A stretch of 63,719 nt of DNA, the filler included, from Hausera hauseri (Eukaryota), in the NCBI GenBank assembly GCA_046269625.1. It is 12 parts of 12 records of this genome, joined end to end, with 100 filler letters (N's around TTAATTAATTAA, not from the genome) between each part and the next. Parts side by side here need not be neighbours in the genome. Positions count along the whole stretch, not along the records: positions 25,488 to 36,526 come from JBJURY010131094.1; positions 36,627 to 40,911 come from JBJURY010657219.1; positions 41,012 to 45,549 come from JBJURY010536565.1; 9 more parts are not named here. One strand, 5' to 3'. The notes under the pieces are model-generated. The model was not told the origin of the DNA. It saw nothing but the letters and a program-made list of their open reading frames with translations, and searched no databases. The translations under genes and the position numbers were made by a program. This document shows, one piece after another, positions 26,694 through 41,496 of this stretch; position 1 is the first letter of the stretch, and each line of letters opens with the position of its first letter.

Positions 26694-27460
26694 TGTCCTG
26701 CTAGGGTCGCCAAATGTTATAGTTGAAGTGACCCTTACCGTCTCCCACTATAACAATATTTTCACTTGAAATTAATTTCCTTATATGCAGGTTAGGACTA
26801 CTCGTTCTCGAATAGTCTGCTTGTACCTTAAGAGTCTAATAGATATTATATAGTAATGCCTGTACTGTCTGCTATGAGTGAATGCCTCAGTTTATCCAAG
26901 ATCTTGTCTTAACTATATATTTTAGTAGTTATTTTATCCTTACGGTAGTCTAATCGTCTTTAAGAGACGATGGGAAACTATATGAGGAAATTTAACAGAC
27001 AAAAATCAAAATAATCACCTTTATTACTCCACCAAAGAATAACACTTTTCGAAATCAGTGTAACAAAATATCGTCAATAATAATTTGAACAATTCGATTT
27101 TTGACTCTAAGGTCAGTACTCCTTCTGATTCGCAACTGATTTGGTTCTGCTTATATAGTGTTGGTTTTTCAGTCTGGAAATTTTGTTAATTCATTTACAG
27201 TTAAATTCAATTTCCTGTGCTTGTACAAATTTTTCCAGTATTTACAATGGTTTATTTGTTCGGCAATTTGTACCTTATCCGTTTAAATCAAGTTTAACCA
27301 AATAACAATTTACAATAATTCTACAGTACAGAGTTTTGTATTTACAATTGTCTTAATCCGAATTGTCGGCAATTTTCTCACACCGTTTAACAATTTAGCT
27401 TAATTTTTTACTGTATTTTATGGGAAATTTTAAGAAAATTCTTAAAACAACTACATTACA
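26694..27460 (-). repeat. 5' LTR (27460-26715) with primer-binding site (26712-26694)
   Basis: The minus strand reads TGTAATGTAG...CTATAACA, then TT, then TGGCGACCCTAGCAGGAC (PBS-like) upstream of gag. Confidence 0.7.
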
Positions 27461-28695
27461 AATTGCCAAGGAAATTAGATCATATAAATACGACCAATTA
27501 TATTATGTAATATCCGTTAGTAATTAACTCAGAAATGTAATTTGCATGCGTTTTGAAAAAAATAATCTCATAAGAAATTTATCAAGTTCAGAACAACAAT
27601 AATAGATGTTGTGGTCGCGTGCGATTCCCAATTTGTTTTAAACAAGAGCATTTATATTGTTAAATCGAACATGTGAATTGAATTAAAGGGGTTCGCGAAG
27701 CCAAAGAAATGAAATTTCACGAATCGGACGAACTCACCCGACCATTTAGAGATATTTAAATTAGCGTTTTAAAATTTTGTTTGAAAAACGTGTATGACTT
27801 GTGTCAAACAAAATTGGAAAGTAAATGACGATACAGAAGAGGTTAATTCCGAAAACGATCGAAAACATGTCATCGATGTCATGCTGAAGAGTCAATTGGA
27901 AGTCAGAAATCAAATACCGGAATCAGTGACGATTATCCATCGTTATAATTTCCCGGAAATCTTGGCAGACTTATGGAACGGAAACATTGAAATCAGAGAA
28001 AGGACATTTTTTACAATAAAAGGAATCCCAGAAACATGCCTCAGTTTGTCCAAACGATATCGAGAATAAACAAAATCCGATAAACTTTGTTTAGAAAAAA
28101 AGAGATTATAACTAATTTAGCTAGTCCGTTTATGTGCCCCATTGAAATGTTGCTCTTCTTTACTACAGTATCGCTAGTTGTCAGAATATGCCAGAATTTA
28201 CAGTATCCAGACTTGTCGAGATATTTCAAAAATAGTCTCAATACGTGGATGAATTATTTCCGCGGAAATTCACGATACAGTAACCTCAGCACATCGTGGA
28301 GTACTTCTGATAATCCCAGAATTCTGGAAGAAATCAAGGCACAGACCTGCGCAAACGTTTCTCCATATCCCGGCAGATATGATAAGGAAACCGAAGATTA
28401 AAAGCCTGTCGAAGCTGACGTCGGAAATAAATGTAAAAGACAAAATACAAACATTATAATAATGAACCTATCTTTTGTCAAATTAAAAGGATTTGTTTTT
28501 ACGTTTTGCTCCTGAAAGTCCAAATTGGTGTTTCGGGTTTCGAACATGAAAGTTTCTTAAACCCGAGAGTTTGTGGTTTGGGTTAAAGAACTCGTAAAAT
28601 CTGAACTCTTCTACAACAAAGTAATTATATAATTGATATTTAACAAACTACAGGCAAACTACTTTTATATAAATTATCAAAAATTAATTATACAT

Positions 28696-31600
28696 TAAGG
28701 TGTGCCAATTTTGTGATGAAAAAATTTTATTAATTATTTCTGAAAACGACTAGTGATAACCATGTACTATTTGGCATGCTAAATCTGGATCTGGTTTCAA
28801 AAATGACATACTGCATAGTCTAGCTACATCAATACACAGCCAAAAGTTACAACAGTTCTATATTATGTCACACAGCGATGGGACTAACTTGAAATATAAC
28901 ACTGTAACAATTTTTGCAATCCTCGCAGCTTAATGTACATTCTTGAGTTTAAGAATTAAAACCATGTCCTGCTTGCTTCTATTCCAGCTCATAAATTTGC
29001 GACTAATCATCTGGCCCTTGATGTAGTGGTCACGTCTCTCTTGACTGAACATATGAGCGGACGCTTCTGTTGTCATCTTAACTCAGCTCTCTATGGGTTG
29101 TATGTGTGAAGGCCAGTCGGGAACAGGCAGAGGCTTGTAGATGAAGACCTTTAACTGTACTGTAGTTAGAGAACATGTCAAAGGTAGCTCAAAGACTTCA
29201 GATGTCCAATCAATGAGCACTTGCCTCAGTGTTGATGATTGACATCTTTCTACCCCGTACAATGTTGTATTCCACCTGTGTTGAATCATCGCCTTCACCT
29301 CTAATGTTCAATATTTTCTCAACTACATCCTTTCTTTCTTGCTCATCTTCACTGCATAACGTAGTCTGCAGTATTGATTTGCTAAAGCCACACCAGGCTG
29401 TCATTTTTACTGTTGGAATAACAATTGCTTACACTTCTTCTCTTTGTCCTTTCAATAGGTGTAGCTGCAAAAGTGGATGAATTGGTACTTGTGTCCACTT
29501 ACTGTTTATTTTTATGTTGAACCATTTCACCACGTATCCTCCAACACAGAACTCTACAATCATCCTTAACTTATTCGAGTTCTCCCCTTCCATGTCGCGC
29601 CTAAAAATCCATATACGCATAAATCGAATAGCTGTAGTTATTTACCTGCTGTGTGACATAGGTCGCACGTAACAAATGTGTAACAAAGCCAAACCCTTTG
29701 GCACACAACCTATTCTATTGACATTGATAATCCTATAACCATAACTGTGATCTGTACTTAAATCATTGATCACTTCATCACTGAGGTGGAAGAGGGCTGG
29801 TCCAATACATATGGGAGCAAAATCAGGATTTATATCCAAATCAGTGGCAGAGTCCGACATTTTCCCCAATAGACCTGACCATTTGTCGTTGCTTAAAGAT
29901 TTGCCATACAATACTATTACCGAATGTCTTAAAATCATTTCTCCTGTATGAAGGTCACAGACAATCCACACCAGTTTTCTTTCCAGCCATAACTCAACAC
30001 AATGCATCACTCCTCCTTTCTATCCATTGTTAACACTGTATGAATCACCTACAATACTAGTACCATATTATCAGCTATTATTTCAACGTGCTTTTTCTCT
30101 TTTGTTGCATGTTTAGGGACCATGTGGAATTGATATTTACCTCCTAGTTCCATACAAATTGTGTAATGCTCCTCTTTTATCATGCTTAAATACATTTTTC
30201 CATTTTCTTCTGCTTGTGTCATGCTCTTTATTTCAACCCGACGACCATCAAATAACATGCAACTAATGCCACTCTCCGTCAGTTTCTCATCTATTAGTTT
30301 GGTGCATAAATTCCCGACTTTTTACGGAGTTTTTATTATAAAATTTTAAATAAACAACAATGTTTTATTACATAAAGTATTTGCCGTTACAGTCTATGAC
30401 TTTTTGCGATCTTTCTGGCAACAAATGAATTCCTCTTGTGATAAACTCTTTTGTCTTTGATGAGATGAACCCATTGATGCATTTTGTGGCTTGTTTCTCT
30501 TTAGTAAAATATTTCACATACAATACATGTTGTAACGACCTGAAGAAGTGAAAATCAGTTGGAGCAAAATCAGGTGAATATGGCGGATGCGGTAGAACTT
30601 CCCAACCAAGCTCCATATTTGTACTTTTTGTCGCCAAAGCAACATGCTGTCTTGCATTATCATGCAAGAAGATAATTTTTCTCGGACTATGTCCATAAAA
30701 CGGCCGTAATTCTTGAATTTTATCATTCAGCTTCAATAGCTTATTACTGTAGCGTACTGCTGTGACAGTTTCACCAGGTTTGAGCAGCTCCTTGTACAAA
30801 ACACCCTTGGTAATATTGACCTTTGGTGTTGATGTTGATGGTTGTCTTGGATCGAACCATGATCCTTTACGTTCAAAGTTATCGTAGTAAACCCACTTCT
30901 CATCACCGGTAAAAATACGTGGCAAAAAAGATTTCTTTTTATAGCGTGCAAGAAGTGAAATGCACATATTTAGGCGATCAGCCTTATTTCTTTCTGAAAG
31001 TTGATGAGGAACCCATCTACCAACTTTTTGAACCTTTCCTAATGCTTTCAACTTTCTTACTACGGTGGAATGGTTATTTCTAGTCTTTTGTCGAGATTGC
31101 GAGTCGATTGGGTAGGGTCATCATCCAGAAGCTCTTGCAGTTGATCGTCTTCAGTTTCTGACGGTTTATCTTCCAAGTTGATTTCACCATTTTTAAACTT
31201 CTTATACCAGTCTCTAACCGTAGTGAGTCCAATAACGTCTTTTCCATATGTTTCACAAATCCATTCTTTTGCTTCTTTCGCAGATTTCCCAAGATTAAAA
31301 ATAAATAAGATACAATTTCGAATGTGATTCTTTGTGGGATCCATAGTTGAATAATTCGGTTAAATAAAAAACGTTGTTAGAAGGTGTTTTCACTTCATTA
31401 AACGTTTTGATAGACCAGTCGGCTATTTATGCACTACCCTAATACTTTCTTGTCAATTTCTTTCGTTATTATTTCTCGTGCTCTCTTTATCTTGTTGTGA
31501 TCAATCACCAATATAATGTGTGACTTGGTGATAAGTCCTGCATTAATCCAGGCAGCCGTTGCAATCTCTGTTGTCTGTCTAAGCCTATTATTATGTTAGA

Positions 31601-32423
31601 TTGGCCATGGCAATGTGGATGATATCCTCAGTGTTATATTTTGCCCTCTTTCTTATATTCAGTAATGACCCACTATCACTCATTTCATCCTTGTCACTGT
31701 AATCATCTTCTGATACTTCCTCTTGCTCCGAATCTACAACTGATCTCTCCTTAATCTCTGTTTCTTTAACAGCCAACTTTTCTTTCCTCACTCTTCTTTT
31801 ATTTTCAATTTCTATCCTTTTGACTTACTTTTCCTTCTGTTATTCTTGCAAACGACTCTCGCGATAGTCAACTGGTCATATATGATGAAATCCCACACTA
31901 CCAACTTTCTCCCGTTGTCCCTTTAGGAACTGTAGCTCAATCACTGCAATCTTTTCCTCTCTACTGCATTGACAGACTATGTGAACTTTGAATACACACG
32001 CTGAATTGCAATCTACATCTGAACAACTGTTGATTTCACACCTGCATGTTAGTATATCAAATAGTCTGCCAAATTTCTGTATGAAATTGGCTCTTTCCTG
32101 TTGCATAGTCCTCCCTGAAGCCACCTTGTTAGCCTGCTCCCATACATTCTTCAACTTTAATTTAATTCTGACATTAGTGTTTATAACAGGACTGCATAAT
32201 TTTGGATTTACTTTGACCACTGAGCAAGTAGGGTTGTCATATTATCAACAATAAGTTGGTCGGTTGTAAGATTTCGTCTGTTTTCACTGGTTTCTGTGAG
32301 ATAAAGTCAATGCTTCAGAATATCTCTGACCGTAGGCAGCTCTGCAACTGGAAGTTCTCTTCCGGAACCACGTAAATCACTCAAATGATTTTTTACTTGC
32401 GATGTAGTTTTAACTTGATACAT
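28696..32423 (-). mobile_element. hATm-like DNA transposon (degraded transposase ~32423-28930)
   Basis: LPTVRDIL N-terminus, LFDILTCRC, LFDGRR, WIVCDLHTGEMILRH, PMSHSR, WPSHIQPIE...VKMTTEAS. A TAAGGTG-like end lies at 28696; the other end was not found. Confidence 0.7.
30294..31442 (-). mobile_element. Mariner (DD34D) element nested in the hATm transposase
   Basis: TIRs ttagtttggtgcataaattcccgact / agtcggctatttatgcactaccctaa with TA duplications at 30292-30293 and 31443-31444. WVPHQL, TGDEKW, HDNARQH, YSPDFAPTDFHFF. Frameshifted. Confidence 0.95.
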
Positions 32424-35400
32424 TATGGACGTCCACAAAGAAAAACACAATGTTGTATTGCTATAAGCATAACATCTTAATATTCATATTATTCATTAAT
32501 ATTCATGGTAAAGTTGATGTAGCTCAGACACATTTTAAAAATGAACTAAGGTCATATTTGAATTTTCCGCATGAAAGTGTATCATTTTTCACTAGTACTT
32601 TTTCCTATCTATATTTTTGCAAAACTGACACAGACCATTATATATACTAACAAAGGAACGCACTCCGAAGGTATCCGGCATTTAGCTGCCGCCTTTTCAA
32701 GAATATACTATTTTTGAGTATAAAAACAATTTTTGCAATGGTGTCATGACTGTTTTGAAAAAAATTAATTTTTATAAATTCTCATAACATTTAAATATTA
32801 TAATTTACATACGTAGTGATGTAAAATTCAAACATTTACCTAATTAAAATTAATTTATAAAATTTTAGTGCTATATGAATTTCAGTATTTTTTACACAGA
32901 ATCAATTTTTATTGAAAAATGGTCTTTCGTGACGGATTGAGTTTCCTGACGGATTCACACATGATGAACAGAATCCTTGATGAGTCACGTTGTACAATTC
33001 ATTATTGCCGATTATGTGAAATGTTTCACATTTTATAATTTGAAACTGTTAGTATAGGGGTTAAACACCGAAGTGTTCGACCTTTATTTCATACCAACAT
33101 GTAATAATTTAGATTTTGTTTACGACGTGTTATTTAGGCATATGTGAGTTCGTTTTAGAGCAAGTTGATTACAGGACGGATTTACTTATTGTTATCAAAG
33201 ATAAATAATTTTGGATGCTTCTAATTTCTTCTAATTATCAACCCTTCCGTTCTTCAATATTCAAAATCAGGGTATATACCTCTAATAGCCAAAATTGGAT
33301 ATACATTAACCGGATGAGATAGAGTAATATTGCGCATGGGATTCATAGTTCTCCACAGTCGCCATAATCATTATTGTTGGCCATGACGATTTATTTAATA
33401 TTCAATTTATAGAAGACACTTTATTTCAACCAATTATAAAAACCAATCAAAATTGAGTTTATTTCTACATTTGATTTTTTATTATCTTTTCGCTTACCAG
33501 AAACATGCTGTTGTAAACATAACCTGGATCCTTTGTCATAGGTCAAACAATTGATAGGTCTTGATAGTTTTATCTTTCATCCCATTTGTGCATTGGACAA
33601 GCTGATAAGACTTTCGGATTTGATACCATTCATTTAACAGTTAGCAATGTATAGGGATTCAGATCATAACTAGATTTATATTCTCACAGAGGTTCTTAAT
33701 TATTATCTTGTAATTGCACGTGTCACTTTGACTCCATTAAATCATCGTTATCGTAAATATAACATTTCACACATTGGTAGTGACAGAAATCTACAATAGA
33801 TACTTCAATCTTTTAATGTTATTGCTCTATATATATGCACAATATGGGTTATAAATTCATATTATCCATCGGGGCAACCTTCCCTTTATCGACTGTATTC
33901 CGGAGTTAACTTCCTCCCCTTGTCTCAATCGACCAAAATATCATTGTGAGTTGATTTCACCATTCGGTCTTTCATCAATGAATCATCAACTAACAGTGAG
34001 AATAATCTAAAATCGACATTATTATAATTTAATTCTTCAAGAAATATGTAGCAATTTAGATTTTTAAAAATTTTATACATGCAATTCGGTGTGCTGAGCA
34101 GCCGTCTATTTACTTTTCTCAATTTATAACTTATAAATTCGTATTCAACAATAATATATTTTACCATTTAATTCCTCGATTTCGGTGGATCGGCGGTTAC
34201 CTCGCTCTGCCATTTTGTTTAGTAGTAAACAAGTTTCTTTAAACGAATATCTTTTCAAATCTGAATTCTGTTTTACTGAATGTTTTCTAATGGATCGAAC
34301 TTCTATAGCAACAATTGTTCAGGATAATCGATTATGTCAACTACAAAGTATTCAAGACGTTTATAAACAACTAAAACCAACTCTAAGGTTTCTTCGAACG
34401 ATAATATTCGCGTTTCAGTTTAGTTATGATTTGTCTCCGTGTGGTTTGTCTAATGTGATTGACTTATATATCGGTTGGTTTGTCTCAATTGTCAAAATTG
34501 ATTAATTATTTTATTATGATTTTTACAATTGTTCATAGTTGTTTACCGTAATTTTCAACATTTATTTATGGTTTAGGATAATTGTTCATAGTTGTTTATC
34601 ACAATCGTTCATAATTGTTTATTGCAATTTTTAAAATTGATTTATGGCTTTAGATAATTGTATGACTTGTTCACAGTTGTTTATCGTGATTTCATTAATT
34701 GCTGCTTTAATTTTGATATTCGTTGCGATTCCGTCGATTTCAATATTCCGCAGACTAATTATTGCTTATTAATACTGTTTTTAGAAAAGTTCATTTATCA
34801 TTTGATACTGCTCATTTCTACTTCGGCTACTCAACATCTGGTTACAATTCATTACACACAACAGTTTCAGAGAAGATACCCATCAATTGGGTTCAACAAA
34901 GCAAAAAGGAGAAAGAAAGGTCGAAATAATGATGTAATAAAAAAAATCAATCACAGTCACGAACATGTCACGACCAATTGTTCGTATGTTAATGTCACGA
35001 TCACGGTCACGACCTTGTTATTGTTATCATTCAATGTTAATCAACCCTAACAAAACAAGCTCAATTTCAGTTATAAAGCTTTGTGAAAATTTGGGAATGT
35101 TGCACGTTTTCCATCAAAAAGATATGCATGTATTATAAATTGATAATTATTTTCTGTTAAAAATTACATCTGCTTTCAAATAGTAAATGCTGTTTTGTCT
35201 GTTCGAAATTAATTGCACTATCATAATTTCAATATTGGATTCTAATATCAACCCGATGGTAACTTTATTCATCAAAATTATACATTCCCAGCAGATGTTG
35301 GACAATAGAAAAAACAGCATTGGCCAATGATTTTGAAACAAAAATTTATTGTGTAAAAATATTGAACTTCATATAGTACTAAAATTGTATTAATTAATTT

Positions 35401-36989
35401 TAATTAAAATCTCTGAATTTTACTTCTCTGCGTATGTAACCATCTGTTCCATATAATATATGAATACTGAACTATGCAAGATGCTGAAACCACAAACTTT
35501 TAATAGATCATAGCAAATTAATAACACTATATGAACAGTATGATAAAAAATAATTATAGTGAAAATTCAATCCAGTCTGAATATCGCGAAATGTAAATAA
35601 ATTGTCATTTATAATTAAAATTATCATATTTAACGTTTTTGAATTTTTGTGAATTTATGAAATTTAATTTTTTCAAAATTTTTCAAAACAACCATCGCGC
35701 CATTGCAAAAATTTTTTTCATATTCACAATCAGTATAAAAAAGTATATTCCAGAAAAGGTGGCAACTAAAAACCCGGCTACCAACGGGGTGCGTTCCCTT
35801 GTAAGTAAAGTGTCTATCAACAGTATGGTAGATTATAAAATCTGCAAATCTGCAAAAATATATCGTGTAAACAAACATTATCCAGTAGATCAGAGTCCGT
35901 TTTATTTCACAATCTCGTTTAATACCTTTGATAATTGTCGGTTGTGTTTATAGGTACAGATATCTTGCAATACGTTGTGAATAATTTCTTAATATCAAGT
36001 TAGCTAACAGAATTTCAATTAGGCTCCAATCCAGTCAGACAATGTATTTGTGATGAATGCAAATGATAGAATTCTTTAGTTTAATTTGGCTTTGAAAATA
36101 GTCAATTTTGAATTTTGATTGTATCTGCAAATTATGGAGTTTGTCGAAATATTTAAAAAACCGATAGAAATTAGTAATGCCGATAGAAATTAGAGTAGCT
36201 AGTTCAAATGGATTAACGCGTCCACGGTCTGAGCTGTACATATTGTTCAATCTTCACAAATTTACGTGGGGAGAGACTTATCAATAAAACGTTATCCAAA
36301 TTAATGAAGAGAACAAATTTGCGTAATTTGGGAGATATGAATTCAGATGGGATAGAGATGCTGGCCTTACCTAGCACTAACCTATGGGTAATGTGTTGGG
36401 TCAGCGGTGGGCTGTGGGCCGCACAGACTTATTTGACCTTAGGGTTTACTTGTCTCTGTTTACTTAAATTTATACAGGACGCCGTCAGGTAGGGTAGACC
36501 TGGACGGCTGAGAACCAGTTACTTAGNNNNNNNNNNNNNNNNNNNNNNNNNNNNNNNNNNNNNNNNNNNNTTAATTAATTAANNNNNNNNNNNNNNNNNN
36601 NNNNNNNNNNNNNNNNNNNNNNNNNNGGGGGAAAATGTTCAGAAATCAAACGCCTCCCTCCCCCTGGCACTCGCACTCTCCCTCTTTCTCACCCTCTCTC
36701 TCTCTAACCCTCTCACTCTCCCTATCCTCTCTTTTGCTCACTCACTCTCTGATCATTTCATCAACTCCATGCATATGACATTATGTAATTTTATTTTTGC
36801 TTGCTACTTTTGTGTTTTTCTGTTTCATTGTCATTTCTATATTTTTTCTACTTGCTCATTATTTTTCAGGCTATTATCCACATTTTCTTATTTGCCTTCC
36901 TTCCATCTTTTTTTTCTGAGTGTGAGGCTTTGTGAGGGCTGTCAACAAACTATGGCCAGGGATGACAAGACTTGTGCCTAGTCTACACC

Positions 36990-37210
36990 TTGACAGGCAG
37001 TGGCAAGAAAACCTACTGGTAACGGGCCACATAGTGGGTAATCTTCTAGGGGGCCAATATTGCACTTGAGGACCTCTGTCTATCTAATCCATTTTTGAGG
37101 CTGGGTGGACCCCTGGAGCCATTTTTGGTCGAATAAAAATCTTGCCCACAGCTAGGATTGAATACGCTACCACACTGTCGGCAGACGAGTGCACTGACCA
37201 CTATGCCACA
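36990..37210 (-). mobile_element. Degraded tRNA-derived SINE
   Basis: Minus-strand tRNA-like head (gtggcatagtggtcag...ttcaatcct) and a gtccacccagc motif. Similar relics near 38060-38095 and 38575-38645. Confidence 0.4.
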
Positions 37211-40200
37211 GTATGAAGAAATTTTTGTGTGTCTTTTTTTTCAGACTGGTGCCTTGATAACTATTCGAATATCTCTCTTCTGTGGGAGCTGCTTCTTTCA
37301 TGCCCTGATGTCCTCCACAGCCATCGGAAAAGTTACTCCTTACAGTGGTGTTCTTCTCATTTTTGCCTGGGTTTCTTTTGCCCTTTGAATTCACAGAGTG
37401 GGGGAGAGGAGGAATTTTCTTGATGTGTGAATTTGTTAAATTTATTTGTATATTTCTGATTAATTTATTTGGGATAATCTGTGTGTGTGTGTGTGTTGTT
37501 TTTTTGTGTTAAAGAATTCTATTATATTTTTTTAATTTAAAATTTATGTTCACATTCCTGCAGTGTTCTGTTCTCTATATTAGCTTTTAATGTTGGTTTT
37601 TGTGTCTTGAATCAGTGTGTTGTTCTTAAGACAGTTCTTATCAGATGGCAGCATGTTTGTCTGCATTTGAATTGTCTGTTAAGAATTATTAGAGTTGTAT
37701 TTTTTTTTTAATATTGAGTATTCTTATATTGTTGATTATTTTCTGTAATTGACATTTGTGCGTGTTGTGCCAGTTTTTTTTAAATGGCAATGATAGTTTT
37801 AAAAGAAAGGATTTCTGAAAATTATCCACGCCTTATAATTAATTGTACATTAGGAGAGGTTAGGAGAAAGGTGAGGACAGCCCGAAGAGAATGCTGTCAG
37901 CCAGTGTGTTTGACTTTGGGATACCAAAAAAAACCCTCCCAAAACATTGATGTATGCCATAGGTGAATGAAGTTTTAGTGCCTCATTTTTCTAGGTTTTA
38001 GGCATTGTGAGTAGGGCTGGCACGACCTTTCTTGCTGCATTTGTTTCCCAAATTTTATCCTGGTACCCATTTCAGGCTAGGTGCACCTGAGATCCGAAAG
38101 AAGAAAATTTGGGGTAGAGTCACAGAGAAAATATATGAGCGACAGTTGAGGGAAGACTCATCTCAACAACAGTCTATCATGTCATGGGCACCAAAGTACA
38201 AGGAAAGAGGAAGGGGGAAAGAGACGTAATGTTTATACAAGGAAAAATGTTCATATTTTGTTGTCAACATATTCCTTAACTGACACAGTGTGTCTAACTT
38301 TGACAAACTTAAACATGACATTCATTTTTTTTCCCCATGTTCAAAATCAGTGTTGGAGGTCTGGTAATTTCTCTATGGGTGACAGAATTTCTCTGAAGAT
38401 ATCCCATTCAAAACTAAAGGCATATTAGGCAATGTGGTGTTAGTGTCAACATTCTTTCTTGACCAGTAAGACAGTTATATGGTCACCATAATGCCAAGCC
38501 ATCCTTAGTTTCCTCTGATCCAAATTTTTGTGAGCTTGTGTGATCTCAGAACTATTGTGGTTGAAAAAATTCAACCCACTGCTCCTGGGAGTTGAACTCA
38601 TGACCTCGCGTTTATTAAATAAGTGCATTTGCCACTATGCTACTCCTGCTCCAGGATTCCTGTGTACTGTACTTTTCTTTCCCTGACTAGATGCAACTTT
38701 CTTTAAGTTTGTCCTTAATAATGAAACTCATTTGGTTAAACAATGAAGATTAGGAGGAATGTTGAGAGTCACTTTCTGTCATGAATCCAGGACAAGTCCT
38801 TCCATCATAGGGATTCCTGCATATACCTTGTTTCATTTGCAGACCAGCCATCATCACCACAGCTCAAATACTGTGGATAACAATGGTTCTCCTTGCGGTT
38901 GCTTGAATTGCTTTTGTTTCTATGATACATCATACTGATGTGTTGGGAAGTTTTTTTCAGTGCATTAATCTGTTGCCTGAAATAGTCATGTGGTCCGTGC
39001 TATAAGATTAACCAATGGTTTTAGCCCATTGAAGTTGTCAAACAAGATAAAAATATATTGGCTCCTTTTGCAGCTAAATCTGCCAATGTTTGATTGACAG
39101 TTTCTACCACGGTGATCTTCTGTGTACCTCTGTCATGGACACAGCTCTGCTCGAGACTGGAATGAGGCTGCCTTTCCCAGGTCATCTGGGCTCTTCCACA
39201 GCTTCCTGCGAAACACTGTGCCTGTGGACCATGTCTGTTGGCAAGTTCTAGTAGCTTAGAACATGTCTGCAATATGTGGGATGGAGTAGTTGGTGGACGT
39301 ATAGCAGAAAACCGGAGAACTTTTCTACAGGTAGAATCTTTAACAAAGAAAACATTTGAAACGTCTATGCTTCCATCTTCACAAATTAGAAGCACCACTG
39401 TTTTTTTAAGAGATGTTAGTCTCTTTGAGGCAGTAGAATTACTGTGGTGCCAAACACTGGAACATTAGGAGAGGTGGTTTTGTATGTATGCATGGTAGTA
39501 TGTTAGTATTGATTTATGGCACAGGAAGTGCTTTATTTTAGAGAGCTGGTAGACTTTCTGGGAGATTTTATTTACAATAGAGAAAACATGCATCATTCCA
39601 GCTTAGTGACTGATCTATTGTGATTTAGTCTTGTCAGTATTAATGGATATTCTGTTGACTTCGCATCGCTGGTGAGTAGTAAGTTTTGTGAATTTTGATT
39701 AGAATTTTTGGTGCTAATATAGCGCATATAGCAAAAGACCTGGTGCAAGATAGCACCAGGTACCCGGTTAGGTAAGGTTATATAATTATATAAGGGGAGA
39801 CAGTTTTTATATATTTTGTATAATTTTATGTTTTGATAGGTAATTGTATTTGTGTTTTGTATTTCTACAGCATGTAGGTAACTGATAAGGGGAGACAATT
39901 TTTGTATATTTTGTTTGTTAGGTATTTGTGTTTTGTTTTGTGTAAGGGGTGCTCACATTATTATGTAATCTGATCCTCACACAGTAGATATCCGGGTGTT
40001 GTAGGTCATCATTGTGTTACTGTCCTCATAAGTCTGGTGGGTGAAGCCTTGATCAGGGTCAGTGTCATCAGCAAGGCTGATTACACTTAGGACATCTTGT
40101 CTGTTATAGTACTAAGGGTGCTGTGGTCTCTCTTGCCCATTGTAGTGATAAGGTGTATAGGAGTTTTCACCAGAGGTGAAATGTGAGTCTTATCTATTGC

Positions 40201-40436
40201 ATGATAAGGTACCTGTTCTTTTTAGGTGCGCCCGAGGCAGAAGTAAAAAATGGGGTATTGTTGATGAAATTGATGTTGTTGTATTCACAGAACACTTGTT
40301 TATGTTGTCGGCTGTTTGACGTTGGTAGCCGTAGCTATGTGCCAGTATTGATGAGAAGCGTATGTTGGCACTTGGGAGTTTTTGTTGAATACCGTATTTG
40401 ATTTTAATTTGGAAAGCGTGTGATTGCTAATAATTA

Positions 40437-40570
40437 AACCATGTATAACATCGTTAATGCCAACGTGAACTGCGCCATGGTTTACAGTCAAACAATTGAT
40501 AACATCGTTCATTCCAGCGTGAACTGTTCCATGGCTTACAGTCAAACCATTGATAACATTGTTAATGAAA
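40437..40570. repeat. 54-bp tandem repeat, ~2.4 copies
   Basis: Repeated ataacatcgtt..tgccaacgtgaactg..ccatgg.ttacagtcaaac units. Confidence 0.75.
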
Positions 40571-41496
40571 ACATAAAATGTTAATCGTTTGACGTTTTCA
40601 CTTCCGTTGAATTTTTTTGTTTCATCTATAATGTGTCTCATACCAGCCCCCGGGATAGGAACAACTATGACAGTATAGTTTGTTATAGTTGATACCTTCT
40701 CCAGATTTATTACCTTCAGCAGAGAATCCCCTTTGATGATGTGGTCGGGCTCAGTGTTCTTTGCTTGATTCTTATCTTATTTTGTTTCTTAACCAGCTGC
40801 TCGTGCTTCATGCTGGCTAAAGTTTTGTGGACCTTTTGATTCAGATCTTTATCTGTGCCGCCGTCGTCCCAATCCGTTGCTAATATATTCAAATAGATCT
40901 GTATGTTGCTANNNNNNNNNNNNNNNNNNNNNNNNNNNNNNNNNNNNNNNNNNNNTTAATTAATTAANNNNNNNNNNNNNNNNNNNNNNNNNNNNNNNNN
41001 NNNNNNNNNNNGAAGCTCGTTAAAAAGAACTGAGAGTGGAAAACTATTCTGTGGTCAGATGAATTTAAATTTAAAGACCTAAACCTCAGGACAACTAAAG
41101 ACCTGGGACCTCAAGTATCAACAGTGCGTATGCACAAAAAGCTTGTGTAAATCCTTCTCCACTCAAAACTCTGGATGTATCACAACTAAAATGAAGGTGA
41201 TAGATCCAGAGTCCCCACACCAACTCCAGGGGTGGTGTACACACGTTTCTGTGGTTCTGGTTCCACTGGAGACACTTAAAGGTGATTCTGAGAAACTGTT
41301 CATGATGGGAAAATGACTATTGTTCACACCAGACACACATGATTAACAATTATTACATCAACATGGACGCACAAAGGCGAAAATCGCATCTCATTATTGG
41401 GGGTCATTAAACAGGAACATTTTTTAGAAGCAACTCTTTTGGGGGGGTTCCACCTAAGTTAGTCAAAATTACTGTTGTAAAATGAAATTAAGATTA

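Noticed and set aside
27794-28401. Two adjacent ~100-aa ORFs
   Set aside because: No recognisable homology; cannot be supported as a gene.
36481-36526. GC-rich hairpin near the contig end as a Helitron 3' terminus
   Set aside because: No CTRR end at the expected spacing and no other Helitron features.
39021-39468. Overlapping ORFs, with ADLAAKGA faintly RNase H-like
   Set aside because: Catalytic motifs and splice structure are not convincing; at most a very old LINE relic.
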